DNA from: an uncultured virus (IMG/VR IMGVR_UViG_3300028393_000055)
Taxonomy: Duplodnaviria > Heunggongvirae > Uroviricota > Caudoviricetes
DNA length: 64,000 nt
Reading direction: 5' to 3' (one strand)
Virus record (IMG/VR): IMGVR_UViG_3300028393_000055
How positions within the stretch are numbered: position 1 is the first letter of the stretch; every line of letters begins with the position of its first letter. The notes under the pieces are model-generated. The model made no database searches and had not been told where the DNA came from. It saw only the letters and a program-made list of their open reading frames with translations. Made by a program: the position numbers and the translations under genes. This document shows, one piece after another, positions 41,192-50,886 of this stretch.

Positions 41192-41619
41192 TAGTGGATC
41201 CTGTTAAGATTAATGTCTAGCGAAACGTCGCTCAATGAAGCAATTACTTTGAATCTAACGGTAACATTTAAACCATTATAGTCAGGGTAAGGAATTACGG
41301 TTACGGTATCAATACCAAGATCGTTCATAATTTTAACACGAGGCTCATAATTTTTGAGCGTGGTGTTGATTCGCGTTTCCATATCGGATTGAATAAATGG
41401 CGAAAAGTTCTCAAAAAGTTTCGATCTAACGTCGCCCCCAAATTCTGGGCTAAACGGTCTCTCGTATTTGTTTGTTAAAACCAAATTCTTAACGGCCTGT
41501 TTAACAGCATCATCGTCTTTCTTTACCAACAATTTTCCCGTGACAGGATGCTTCTTAAAGGACAGATCAAAGTCCCTATAAGACGTTTTGGTAAGCGATG
41601 GTGGTAACTTTTTGACCAT
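41191..41619 (-). CDS. gp25: Baseplate wedge subunit (T4 gp25-like)
   Basis: DFDLSFKKHP, AVKQAVKNLVLT..YERPF.P.FG, YEPRV. Confidence 0.92.
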   Translation of the reverse strand: MVKKLPPSLTKTSYRDFDLSFKKHPVTGKLLVKKDDDAVKQAVKNLVLTNKYERPFSPEFGGDVRSKLFENFSPFIQSDMETRINTTLKNYEPRVKIMNDLGIDTVTVIPYPDYNGLNVTVRFKVIASLSDVSLDINLNRIH

Positions 41620-41660
41620 TAAGTTTTTTCCTTTATCTGTTATTTATTACGAAAAAACTC

Positions 41661-41689
41661 TTGACATTTAGTTATTTTTAAGGTATAAT
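41661..41689 (+). promoter_or_regulatory. Consensus sigma70 promoter TTGACA-N17-TATAAT, antisense to the baseplate operon
   Basis: TTGACA 41661-41666, 17-nt spacer, TATAAT 41684-41689, A-tract upstream. Confidence 0.75.
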
Positions 41690-41716
41690 AAGGATGTTGT
41701 AACCGGTCAGATACTA

Positions 41717-43513
41717 TCATTCGCTATAATTAGGATAAGCTTCACCTACACTATTGTCACCTTGTTTCCCATAATCATAACCTTGATTAGGATCTGGTAG
41801 ATTTGGACCAGATACAACTTCTTCTGTAATCTTATCTTCTACCGTCTGAACCCAAGCTTGTGGGTCATTAAACCCATCACCTAACTGATATGGATCAGAT
41901 CCTCTATCAATAGTTTTGTTTATTGATGCATAGTTTGATTCGTTGCCAAATTCACCGTCAAGATATTTGTATGCAGACGCGCTAGAATCGTATGGTTCTT
42001 GTGGGTTGGGTACTTGTGCACCACGGAATGTGGCTGGATTTGTACGATCTTGTAGCGTTGGTTCTCTCAAAGATCCATACGCATCATCAAGTAATGCTGG
42101 TGTCGTGCTGGTGCTAGATTTAGCCGCACCACTATCTATAACACCTCCAGACTCAAAATTGTAAGATCCAATACTTGAAACGATATCAACGGTAATACCA
42201 GCCAACAATGCAACTGTTTGCGCTGTTTTAATAAATTGCAAGGCTTGAGCAACAGGAGTATTTGGTCTAATTTGAGGATAACGGCGCACCAATTCTGAAT
42301 AAGGCAATGAATAAAGAATATTATATGGGTCAGCTGTCATCACGTTTAGTTCTTTGGTGTGTTTTTCAATTGATGATGATAAAGCCATACGACGAGCAGT
42401 AATAGCATCCACGTATGGATCGCGTGTATACCCATTAGATCCCCAGTTTACAGTATTTGCATTCCCTGTTAGTTTTTGACGACCAGATGATGTGGCTGAC
42501 GCGCTATGCGCGACCATGCTTGCGACACCAACAGCACCCGCAACCGTTGCAGCAATACCCATGAGTTGTGATAATGGTTTAGTTAAATCTGAAATACTAC
42601 CAGCGGCTGCGCCTTCAGCAAATAGGTTCTTTAACTCGACTGGTTTTAATGGCTTTGGTGGTGCAGCAGTTTTGATAGGCTTAGGTGCATCCTTTGTAGG
42701 AAGCTTGCCTGGTATATGAAGCATGTTCATAATTCCGCCTACCATGCTCATGTTTGGGATCTTTGATGCGATATCAAAACCAGCACCAGACAAAGCACCA
42801 GAAATCATTTGTCCAGCAATTGCATTTGGATTAATCATAGGGAATTGAGATGCAATCCCAGCAGCCACACCTGCCATAGCAACAGGATTTCCAGAACTCA
42901 TAGCTTTAGCCAAACCACCGACTTGACTTGCAAGGTTTACAGCGGCACCAAGCGCACCAGCAGCAGATTCGGCAGCTTTGACAACATCGGCTAGTAGACT
43001 ACCTTTCATGGCCATTGCTATCGCTGAAAATGGTCCTTCAATTGCGGCTGTCAATATAGCTTTAGTTGCGAGAATGTTTCCAGGCAATGTCAAACCAATC
43101 GCACCAAGTTTGGTAAACGGTAAAGACTTCATCAAGGAACCCATTTGCCCTGTCAAACCTTCCATCGCAGAACTAAGACCAGGAGCAAGATCGCTTATTG
43201 CTTTTCCCATTCCTGCTAGATCCGCAAGCTTACCAACGGCTGACGCAGCCGCTAGACCAGCGACAACATTAGGTGATAATTGAAATGGTGGAGGTCTATA
43301 CCCAAGAGGATCGCGCATCATACCAAGCGCAACAGACGCATTGAATAAATCTGGATGGTCGTTCATCAATCTTGTAGCTTGTTGATGAATTAGATCAGTA
43401 CCCATATACTTGTGCGGTGTGCCATATATCACATATTCAGTGCCGGCAACAAGATTTATCGTCTGCCCTAAAACGGCTCTTAGCTGGTAGTCTAATTGGA
43501 GTTGATCTGCCAT
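41717..43513 (-). CDS. Hypothetical Ala/Gly-rich virion protein downstream of gp5 C-terminal gene
   Basis: 598 aa ORF, low-complexity helical middle, acidic C-terminus; baseplate operon context. Confidence 0.6.
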   Translation of the reverse strand: MADQLQLDYQLRAVLGQTINLVAGTEYVIYGTPHKYMGTDLIHQQATRLMNDHPDLFNASVALGMMRDPLGYRPPPFQLSPNVVAGLAAASAVGKLADLAGMGKAISDLAPGLSSAMEGLTGQMGSLMKSLPFTKLGAIGLTLPGNILATKAILTAAIEGPFSAIAMAMKGSLLADVVKAAESAAGALGAAVNLASQVGGLAKAMSSGNPVAMAGVAAGIASQFPMINPNAIAGQMISGALSGAGFDIASKIPNMSMVGGIMNMLHIPGKLPTKDAPKPIKTAAPPKPLKPVELKNLFAEGAAAGSISDLTKPLSQLMGIAATVAGAVGVASMVAHSASATSSGRQKLTGNANTVNWGSNGYTRDPYVDAITARRMALSSSIEKHTKELNVMTADPYNILYSLPYSELVRRYPQIRPNTPVAQALQFIKTAQTVALLAGITVDIVSSIGSYNFESGGVIDSGAAKSSTSTTPALLDDAYGSLREPTLQDRTNPATFRGAQVPNPQEPYDSSASAYKYLDGEFGNESNYASINKTIDRGSDPYQLGDGFNDPQAWVQTVEDKITEEVVSGPNLPDPNQGYDYGKQGDNSVGEAYPNYSE

Positions 43514-43519
43514 TTTAGT

Positions 43520-44635
43520 TTAAGATCCTGTTGTAATAGAACTGACTACGCCTACGCCAATCCATGTTCCTGTATTTGTTGGAACGGTATCCGCGGTACC
43601 GCTTTCAATTATGGTACTCGTTCCGGACTTAACGATATTGTTGGTTCCACCTGATAGAATAGCTTTGGCACTTGATGAAACGACACCAGCATTGCCTCCA
43701 CCATTGGCTCGCACACCCGCTGCACCAGCACCAAAGTTTCCTAAATATGCTGGTCCAGCTCCATATGAGAAAAGCTGAATAAAGTTTTGGTCATCTATCT
43801 GGCACCCTGTTATAGATTTTGCTGTAAACTGACCTGTTTCGGCATTGATACCAACAGAACCTACAGCACCCAATGCTAAATCTTTTCCTGAACTAATCGA
43901 CGCATCTTTATTACCATGAAGATAAAATATACCGCCAACCGTTTCATATTTGTCGCCATTAACGGTGTTCGTAAAATTACCAACGGTTGTTGAGAAATGG
44001 TTTCCTAATGTGTGGGTTGAGCTATTGCCACCTGTAATAGAGTCCCTATCTTTTGATGCACGATGAGAAGCAAATCCATTAACTTGTACGCGCTGATCGC
44101 CACCATGCTCTTGTAACGTATTGCCATCTGATTTAAAATTCATATCTTTATGACTGATAAGTTCAAAATCACCAACTTCAAGCTTGAACTTCTTTTCAAC
44201 CTTCATCGTATAGTCGCCATCAACATGAACAAAAAAGTTCCCATGAATAACTTGATCTTTATCACCAGTCACATACTCTTGATCCTTTGCGACAATTTTG
44301 CTGATACGCATACCATCGTCTTTGATTTCGATGAACGTACCCGATGCATGATAAATGTGTAAGCGACGATCTCCAGGGGAATTATCAATTTCAATCTTAT
44401 GACCGGATTCTGTAGTAGTAACGTGATTACCTAGATACTTTGCACTCTTACCACCAGGCGGTGCTTCGTCGGCCGTTGATCCACCACCCGCAGGTGCAGG
44501 TGAACTTGTAGGCGATGATTCTGGTGCTTTTACTTCAAATGGTGTACCAGCAACACCGCCATCTGTCACAGTAGCAGTTTGTCCAGGTTGTGCCCCTGCT
44601 GCTAATGCTGCTGCATTTGGATCTTGAAATGCCAT
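43520..44635 (-). CDS. gp5: Baseplate spike gp5, C-terminal part (beta-helix)
   Basis: YLGNHVTTTESGHKIEIDNSPGDRRLHIYHASGTFIEI followed by 8-aa VxGD/N repeats. Confidence 0.85.
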   Translation of the reverse strand: MAFQDPNAAALAAGAQPGQTATVTDGGVAGTPFEVKAPESSPTSSPAPAGGGSTADEAPPGGKSAKYLGNHVTTTESGHKIEIDNSPGDRRLHIYHASGTFIEIKDDGMRISKIVAKDQEYVTGDKDQVIHGNFFVHVDGDYTMKVEKKFKLEVGDFELISHKDMNFKSDGNTLQEHGGDQRVQVNGFASHRASKDRDSITGGNSSTHTLGNHFSTTVGNFTNTVNGDKYETVGGIFYLHGNKDASISSGKDLALGAVGSVGINAETGQFTAKSITGCQIDDQNFIQLFSYGAGPAYLGNFGAGAAGVRANGGGNAGVVSSSAKAILSGGTNNIVKSGTSTIIESGTADTVPTNTGTWIGVGVVSSITTGS

Positions 44636-44647
44636 AATATACTCCCC

Positions 44648-45619
44648 TTATCCTACCGATGATGACATTACTGTGCCAGCTTCTGTTTGTCTGCCTGCTA
44701 TATCAGCGGGTTTAATTGGTGGCAATGGAATTTCTCTGGCAGCCGCCGAAGCTTGTTCACCAGCAACTTTTTCTAAATCACCAGCGGCAGATTCCATACT
44801 AGGTAAAACAGTTCCACCAGTAGCCATCTTAGCAAGGTCGCCTAATGAGCTTGGTATACTTCCACCTAAACCAGAAATAACACCACCCAATGCGCTTCCT
44901 GCTAATGCACCACCAACAGCACCTAGTAGCCCACCAGCTTTACCGCCTAATGCTGCACCTAATAAACCACCAAGCGCACCTAGTGGACCACCACCAGAAC
45001 CAACAACAGGAAACGGGTGTGATTTAGGTGGCTTAGGAATTTTATTTGGTTTTTGTCTTGTGTCTTTATCTTTGACTCTAGGATCTTCCTCGCGTTCTTG
45101 GTCAGCGCGCCCAGGAAATGATGTTGTACAGTCATCATCCACAACAGGATGAACTGATGGGTTACCACCAACACCAGAATTGCCACCAGAACCTGGCAGT
45201 TTAGATACAGCATCTAATAGACCAGCAACAAGCATGACTTTTTGTGGAATCGTTAGATTTTGAGACCTAGCTTGAAGTGATGCTGGTTGTGGGCGTGTAA
45301 TGGTTAGTTCGCCGTATACGTTATCAGAAACAACGATGATATTATTGGTAACGTCAATCACTCTAGCTTCTACGTCATAATTCCCTGGATATAAAGGTGC
45401 AGAGAAGTGAAGCTTCCATACGTTAGGTGTAACAGTCTCATCAATTCCAAGATTACCTTGAAATAACTTGTATGTAATATAGTTGACAGTTATCTCTATC
45501 GTTTGATTTTGTATACGGTCAAATTTTACCGTACCAGTAAGGATCGGTGTTGGATTTGTCGTTGATAGAGAATTTACTTTGATAAAGTAATCTGCATATG
45601 GTGATTGTGATATTGCCAT
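44648..45619 (-). CDS. Ig-like domain protein between the two gp5 halves
   Basis: TPILTGTV...ITVN...W...LYPGNYDVEARVID resembles bacterial Ig-like (Big) folds; Gly/Ala-rich tail. Confidence 0.55.
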   Translation of the reverse strand: MAISQSPYADYFIKVNSLSTTNPTPILTGTVKFDRIQNQTIEITVNYITYKLFQGNLGIDETVTPNVWKLHFSAPLYPGNYDVEARVIDVTNNIIVVSDNVYGELTITRPQPASLQARSQNLTIPQKVMLVAGLLDAVSKLPGSGGNSGVGGNPSVHPVVDDDCTTSFPGRADQEREEDPRVKDKDTRQKPNKIPKPPKSHPFPVVGSGGGPLGALGGLLGAALGGKAGGLLGAVGGALAGSALGGVISGLGGSIPSSLGDLAKMATGGTVLPSMESAAGDLEKVAGEQASAAAREIPLPPIKPADIAGRQTEAGTVMSSSVG

Positions 45620-46002
45620 TATGACTTACCTGAACCTGGTGACTTTTTACCTGAACCGCCTTTTTGTTGAATATGCGGGAATGAACCAACTGCCACTGGA
45701 AACTGTGCTCCTTCACCATCATAAAAAAATCCATATACCTTTGATCCTTCAGTGATACCAGTTGGTGAGCGCCCAACGCCACTGATAGATGCGGATGTCA
45801 TCGGTGTTGCAACGTCACACCATGGCAATTCTTTAGTTGGTAAAACGCTTTTGTCTTCTGTGTGGTGCCCATGAATTCTTACCTTCAAACGCCCAAGCTT
45901 TAGTTCATCTTTTTTACCAGAGAACTGCCCAGTACCACGATCTTCAACGGTGCCTACCCACCATGTTAAATTTTTACCAAATGTACTACCGGGTTCTGCC
46001 AC
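45619..46002 (-). CDS. gp5: Baseplate spike gp5, N-terminal OB-fold as a stand-alone ORF
   Basis: WWVGTVEDR...LGRLKVRIHGHH...LPT.ELPW...SASISGVGRSPTG..EGS.V.GFF.DG; GTG start with AGGA RBS. Confidence 0.88.
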   Translation of the reverse strand: MAEPGSTFGKNLTWWVGTVEDRGTGQFSGKKDELKLGRLKVRIHGHHTEDKSVLPTKELPWCDVATPMTSASISGVGRSPTGITEGSKVYGFFYDGEGAQFPVAVGSFPHIQQKGGSGKKSPGSGKS

Positions 46003-46014
46003 GACTAAGTTTCC

Positions 46015-47277
46015 TTATTTACTATGCGAATCGGATTTGCATTCCAAAACACAATTGTATTTGATATCCTTGTCATCTTTATATATGATGTGGCGGACAC
46101 TTGTTACGAGAAACACACCAGAGCGGTTGTCTAATTCGTTGCCTTCTTGGCTTGCTGGTACCTGCAATTTAACTTTGATTCCGGGTTTGATAGAGGTATC
46201 ACCAGGGACAAGGACATTCATCACAAGATTTTCAAGCTGATTAGCAATTGTAGCTTGTGCTCCATGCTCGCCTATAGTTCTCTTATTTTCTACGTCTTTT
46301 GGGGAACGAGCTTGAATAAATTTACTGGCAGTTCCTTCACCTTTACCTACACCACCGTGAGCAATAGCAACATCAACTCTTTTGCCTCTGTAGCCAGGTG
46401 TTGCTCCTTTTGTCTCATCTTTTGCAATAATAGGTTTTCCATTGAGTGTTTTTGAATCTTGTCCATCTCTCTGACCATTAGCAACCGAATCTATTTTTCC
46501 TGTCAATGGGTCGTAGATGTATTGATGATGAGATTCTGCACCACTATCACTTGCGTCTAGCCCATTAAAATCTTGTTTCTGTTCGAATGAAATAATGCGT
46601 TTTGCTGCATCACCACCAGAACCAGTATTCTGCATAGCGTATGAGAATGTCATAGATTCAGAACCTTCGAGCATTGATGCTATTGTTTTGAAATGATATC
46701 CGTCTCTGTCTTGGTAGTAAACATAATTTGACGCTTTAGCTTTAGACGATTTAGCCTCTTTGCCAGCCCAACGGAATACGGTTGTTGGGTTGCGTCCAGT
46801 ACCAACGTAGTTTTGTTTGCCTTCGCTTTCCTCGTTGGTAATCAGGTCTTTCTTAATTGTCTTAGAATCTTTGGTGTATATTTCATGAACCTGCTTGACC
46901 ATATCCGATAGCTTCATATCTTTGTATGGCTTGTCAATTGATTTTGTATTATCCGAAGCCATCTCAGACGATACGGCCGTGAGTGTGTACATGTCCTGAT
47001 TATCTTTCACGCGCATACGATCACCAACAATCGACACCTCAAACTTCATTTTGATTTGTGATCCCGAACGCCCACCAAACGCAATCTCAACGTCTTCGCC
47101 ATTTTTCAAGCTTGCGTTTTGGCTAAACCCACTGGCATCGTTGACGACGATATTGCAAGATGTGCTTGTGGTATAGATACTTTCAAAATAATCAACCTGA
47201 TTTACAATAGCGCGAACATCAGTGCCATTGATTGTGCATGTTGTAAGTAGCCCAGCACCCGTAGATTGATCTGTCAT
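46015..47277 (-). CDS. Baseplate hub protein (gp27-like)
   Basis: YFESI, YYQDRDGYHFKTI, VPGD...G, SGVFLVTSVRH; between gp53 and gp5. Confidence 0.65.
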   Translation of the reverse strand: MTDQSTGAGLLTTCTINGTDVRAIVNQVDYFESIYTTSTSCNIVVNDASGFSQNASLKNGEDVEIAFGGRSGSQIKMKFEVSIVGDRMRVKDNQDMYTLTAVSSEMASDNTKSIDKPYKDMKLSDMVKQVHEIYTKDSKTIKKDLITNEESEGKQNYVGTGRNPTTVFRWAGKEAKSSKAKASNYVYYQDRDGYHFKTIASMLEGSESMTFSYAMQNTGSGGDAAKRIISFEQKQDFNGLDASDSGAESHHQYIYDPLTGKIDSVANGQRDGQDSKTLNGKPIIAKDETKGATPGYRGKRVDVAIAHGGVGKGEGTASKFIQARSPKDVENKRTIGEHGAQATIANQLENLVMNVLVPGDTSIKPGIKVKLQVPASQEGNELDNRSGVFLVTSVRHIIYKDDKDIKYNCVLECKSDSHSK

Positions 47278-47861
47278 CGTACAGTGACTCCATCAAAAAT
47301 ATTTGGGTGTTGATCTTTAATGATGAGAAGGTAATTCAAATCCATTAGATAAATTTTTCTGCGTTCTTCATTTAATTCCGACTCGTGGTCGTAGATTGTT
47401 TTTACTTTGCGTTCGGTTGCTGTCAATGACAAATAGGTTGTCTTATCGACAACAACAGTTTTTTCTGGAACAATTCTTTGTGTGCCGTAATCATTTTGAA
47501 GATATGCTTGCTGAATAATTTTTTCGTAGTGATGATCTGTTATCTGTGTATATTCAACTGAGCCGTATTTGTCAATCAAATATGCGTTCATTTCTTCATA
47601 TGATAGTACCCACTGAAAATACGGATCTTGAATTTCGTTTGTCAATAACACAAGCCAATCCATAGTTACATCGCCATAATAATCATATGCAACAGAATCC
47701 GGGCGCTCACCATCTTTCACATGATAGGTATCAAAAGCAACATTTGAATTTTTCAAGAAATTTGACAAAGCAAAACGGCGAGTCAAATCAGTAACAAGGA
47801 TCGACTTCGTGCTATTTGGTATCTTATATTGAACAGTAGGAAATGGTGTGAAATAAAACAT
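47274..47861 (-). CDS. gp53: Baseplate wedge protein (T4 gp53-like)
   Basis: YFTPFP, DGERPDSVAYDYYG...WLVLLTNEIQDPYFQW, NEERRKI. Confidence 0.92.
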   Translation of the reverse strand: MFYFTPFPTVQYKIPNSTKSILVTDLTRRFALSNFLKNSNVAFDTYHVKDGERPDSVAYDYYGDVTMDWLVLLTNEIQDPYFQWVLSYEEMNAYLIDKYGSVEYTQITDHHYEKIIQQAYLQNDYGTQRIVPEKTVVVDKTTYLSLTATERKVKTIYDHESELNEERRKIYLMDLNYLLIIKDQHPNIFDGVTVR

Positions 47862-47876
47862 TGCTACTTTCTATTA

Positions 47877-49034
47877 TTAAAAGTTTGGCAAAACTGGATT
47901 ACTGCCTGTAGTTGGAACTCGTATACGAGGTTGTTGATCTAAAGGCACTGGTGGTTGTGCGCGGTCAACAGCATTACCACCAGCATCTGGACGAGCCATT
48001 GTGCCTCTTGGCTGCGGATTTACATATGGCGGTTCTCTTACAGCCGCTGGAGCCACTGGTGACGGATTTAAGTATTGCTTAGAAATAACTTCAGTCTCTT
48101 TAAATGTCAATGATAACGAAACTTCAGCTGGTGCAGGTTCACCACTACCATCAGCATCGCGGATATACGCAGCATAGCCTTGCGAATGGTAATCAACCTT
48201 AATGTCTGTGCATACGGATGGTCTCAATCTAAACAGGTACGAGTCTCTGGCAAATTTAATTTCAAAAAATTCTGGATACTTGAAGAATAAACCACCAGCA
48301 ACAAATTCAGGGTGCGAGTAGTAAACAAACATTTCAATTATTCGGCGAATACTATCCGACTCTTCTCGATTGCGTGGAGATAGTTTCCAACTAAACGTAT
48401 GGTCACGAAAATCAACGCCAGTAAATAGTACGATCTTGTGTGGATTTTGTGCGACGCCACCAAAAACTTTGAGTGCAGCGGCTAGTTCATTCCCGCCTAC
48501 ACCTAATGCTGCACCAGCAGCAGTTAATCCAGCTCCTGCACCAGTTTTTGCAGCTAGTGCTGCACCAGCTGATATTCCTGCTCCAGCTAATGATGCACCA
48601 GTTGCTGCTTGCCCTGGGATATCTTGGTTGTTATAAATTCCACGGTCAAAAGCTTTGAGTGCTGAGCCTACGCCTAAACTCAAATCTGGTGTGGTATATG
48701 ATGGGTTGTAATCGGTTGAAAGGTTAGCTGGTAATGGAAGACGAATTGTTCCACCAGTTCCAACGACAGATGATATGCCACCAAGAAAACCACCGATAAA
48801 ATCTTCGGCTGCACCTTTTGTAGGCTTAGCAACAAACTCGACCCAATTATTATTCATGGTTAGGTCTCTAGGAAACGTGTTGATGTCGCCTTTAAAAGGA
48901 TCACCACCAGTGCTACCAAGCATTGATTGATTTATAGAAGTAAGCCCAGGTGCGCGGGCGGCTGCTTGAACCGGTGGTGCACCTGCTTGCGCTCTTGCTA
49001 TAGCAACTCCTGATGCGTTATCGTCTGGTGGCAT
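47877..49034 (-). CDS. gp48: Baseplate tail-tube cap (T4 gp48-like)
   Basis: IRLPLP, NPHKIVLFTGVDFRDHTFSWKLSPRN..ES, LSLTFKETE. Confidence 0.85.
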   Translation of the reverse strand: MPPDDNASGVAIARAQAGAPPVQAAARAPGLTSINQSMLGSTGGDPFKGDINTFPRDLTMNNNWVEFVAKPTKGAAEDFIGGFLGGISSVVGTGGTIRLPLPANLSTDYNPSYTTPDLSLGVGSALKAFDRGIYNNQDIPGQAATGASLAGAGISAGAALAAKTGAGAGLTAAGAALGVGGNELAAALKVFGGVAQNPHKIVLFTGVDFRDHTFSWKLSPRNREESDSIRRIIEMFVYYSHPEFVAGGLFFKYPEFFEIKFARDSYLFRLRPSVCTDIKVDYHSQGYAAYIRDADGSGEPAPAEVSLSLTFKETEVISKQYLNPSPVAPAAVREPPYVNPQPRGTMARPDAGGNAVDRAQPPVPLDQQPRIRVPTTGSNPVLPNF

Positions 49035-49058
49035 ATTTTGTTATCTCCTAACTGAGTC

Positions 49059-49066
49059 TATTTATA
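49059..49066 (-). promoter_or_regulatory. T4-type late promoter TATAAATA for gp48 operon
   Basis: Exact TATAAATA on minus; TACATA on plus just before the divergent gp4. Confidence 0.75.
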
Positions 49067-49083
49067 CGCAATACATAGAGTGC

Positions 49084-49530
49084 ATGAAAGCTTACAGTGG
49101 GCGTTTTACGCCAAAGAACCCTCAGAAATATAAAGGTGATCCTACTAAGATTGTTTACCGATCATCGTGGGAATTGCGCGTGATGGGTTATCTTGATAGT
49201 AATCCTAATATTATTCAGTGGGCATCAGAAGAGCTTGCGATTCCATACAAGTCTCCAATAGATGGCAAATGGCACCGATACTTTCCAGACTTTGTTGTGA
49301 AGATGCGCGATAGAGATGGAAAAGTTAGCGTGAAGATGCTAGAGGTAAAACCAAAAGCTCAATCTGTGCCGCCTACTATCAAGAAAAGCGCATCAAAGCC
49401 AAGTAAGAAATACTTGAAAGAAGTGATGACTTGGGGCATAAATAGTAGCAAATGGGAAGCTGCAAAGGAATATTGTGCTGACCGCAACTGGCAATTCGTA
49501 GTGCTTACAGAAAAGGAACTCGGTCTTTAA
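49084..49530 (+). CDS. gp4: Head completion protein (T4 gp4-like, TnsA-type nuclease fold)
   Basis: PKNPQKYKGDP..IVYRSSWE, W.SEE..IPY, HRYFPDF, EVKP, N..KWEAA. Confidence 0.93.
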   Translation: MKAYSGRFTPKNPQKYKGDPTKIVYRSSWELRVMGYLDSNPNIIQWASEELAIPYKSPIDGKWHRYFPDFVVKMRDRDGKVSVKMLEVKPKAQSVPPTIKKSASKPSKKYLKEVMTWGINSSKWEAAKEYCADRNWQFVVLTEKELGL

Positions 49531-50132
49531 TGGTCGCATACATCTTCGATAGTTTGATCCATAAAGCTGAGAGTGCTGGCGTTAAGCGCGACTCTCGTGC
49601 ATGGTTCCGTAAGCAAGCACAGGCTGTCAATGCCAATCCAGCTTTGATGCTTCGCAGTCAAGCAAACAGATTAACAAACATACCTTTGATCGGTCGCATG
49701 TATCTGTTCCGCTACGATCCAAAGACTAAAAACAAACTACCGTATTATGATAGGTATCCACTTGTGATTCCTATTGGCACTGGTGGCAAGACTGGTGGTA
49801 CTGCATCATCTGGTGGTTCGTTTCTTGGTTTGAATCTTCACTATCTACCACCGGTTCTGCGAGCTAAACTGATGGATGCGCTGTACAATGTAGCATCTTC
49901 AAAAACATTTGACGATAAGACAAAGCTAAAGATATCTTATGACATCCTTAGCCAAGCATCGCGCTATCGTTTCTTTAAGCCATGTGTCAAGCGTTACTTG
50001 ATCTCGCATGTGCAATCTAAATTTTTCTATATTGAACCTACAGAGTGGGATATGGCTTTGTTTCTTCCGCTTGATAGATTTGTCGGAGCAAGTAAAAATG
50101 TTGTCTACAAAGACAGTCGCAATAGGATTTAA
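49530..50132 (+). CDS. gp2: DNA end protector protein (T4 gp2-like)
   Basis: MYLFRYDPKTK..LPYYDRYPL, GLNLHYLPP, CVKRYL..HV. Confidence 0.93.
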   Translation: MVAYIFDSLIHKAESAGVKRDSRAWFRKQAQAVNANPALMLRSQANRLTNIPLIGRMYLFRYDPKTKNKLPYYDRYPLVIPIGTGGKTGGTASSGGSFLGLNLHYLPPVLRAKLMDALYNVASSKTFDDKTKLKISYDILSQASRYRFFKPCVKRYLISHVQSKFFYIEPTEWDMALFLPLDRFVGASKNVVYKDSRNRI

Positions 50133-50134
50133 CC

Positions 50135-50866
50135 ATGCCATTCAATATAGCAGATTTCAACTCGGAAATATCTAGAACAGGTATCGCAGCACCTTCACAC
50201 TTTGAAGCTGTTATAACACGAGGTCCAGGTGGACGCGGTTTACCTGGTTTAGATCAAGGTATGCGCTTTCGTATCGAAGCAGTTAATTTACCGGGGCGTA
50301 CATTGACAACTCTGGATCAACAGTATCATGGTCCTGTTCGCGCAATGCCATATCGTTTTACACACCAACCAGTTACTTTCACAGTTATTCTCTCGCGTGA
50401 CATGCGCGAGCGCGAAGCATTTATGAAGTGGCAAGATTATTTTGTTGGGCATAATCGTACCAATTATAATACAGCTATTGTACCAGGTATGTTTGATTCA
50501 AAATATTATGATGATGGTATTGGAGAATTTGAAATTTGGCAATATTCACAACCAACACCTCAACAATTTCCAACACAGAGCCCTAGGGTAGCAGGTAGCC
50601 CAGCACTCAATCAAACACCTGGGACTGGATTAGGTAATCCTGCGCTTACAATGCAAGATCAACCGGACGCTGTCATTCAAAATCAAATTAGATTTCTAGA
50701 AGCTTACCCAAGCACTGTAAATGATATTGCTATGTCATGGGGTGATGAAGGATATGCAAAGCTTCAAGTTGAAATGAGATATCGCACATCTATTGAAGCT
50801 AATAGATCATTTAAAAATAATAATGCATTCAATCAAGATGCGCGTTCTGCATATGGATTTTTTTAA
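50135..50866 (+). CDS. Tail-tube-like baseplate protein (gp54/gp19 family)
   Basis: VNLPGRTL, ER..F.KWQ, LEAYP..V..I.MSW; synteny between gp2 and gp26. Confidence 0.7.
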   Translation: MPFNIADFNSEISRTGIAAPSHFEAVITRGPGGRGLPGLDQGMRFRIEAVNLPGRTLTTLDQQYHGPVRAMPYRFTHQPVTFTVILSRDMREREAFMKWQDYFVGHNRTNYNTAIVPGMFDSKYYDDGIGEFEIWQYSQPTPQQFPTQSPRVAGSPALNQTPGTGLGNPALTMQDQPDAVIQNQIRFLEAYPSTVNDIAMSWGDEGYAKLQVEMRYRTSIEANRSFKNNNAFNQDARSAYGFF

Positions 50867-50886
50867 TATCATAAGTGAGGTAAATT

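Noticed and set aside
49084..49530. TnsA-like nuclease as sign of a Tn7 element
   Set aside because: It is the T4 gp4 head-completion protein in normal gp4-gp2 synteny; no other transposon genes
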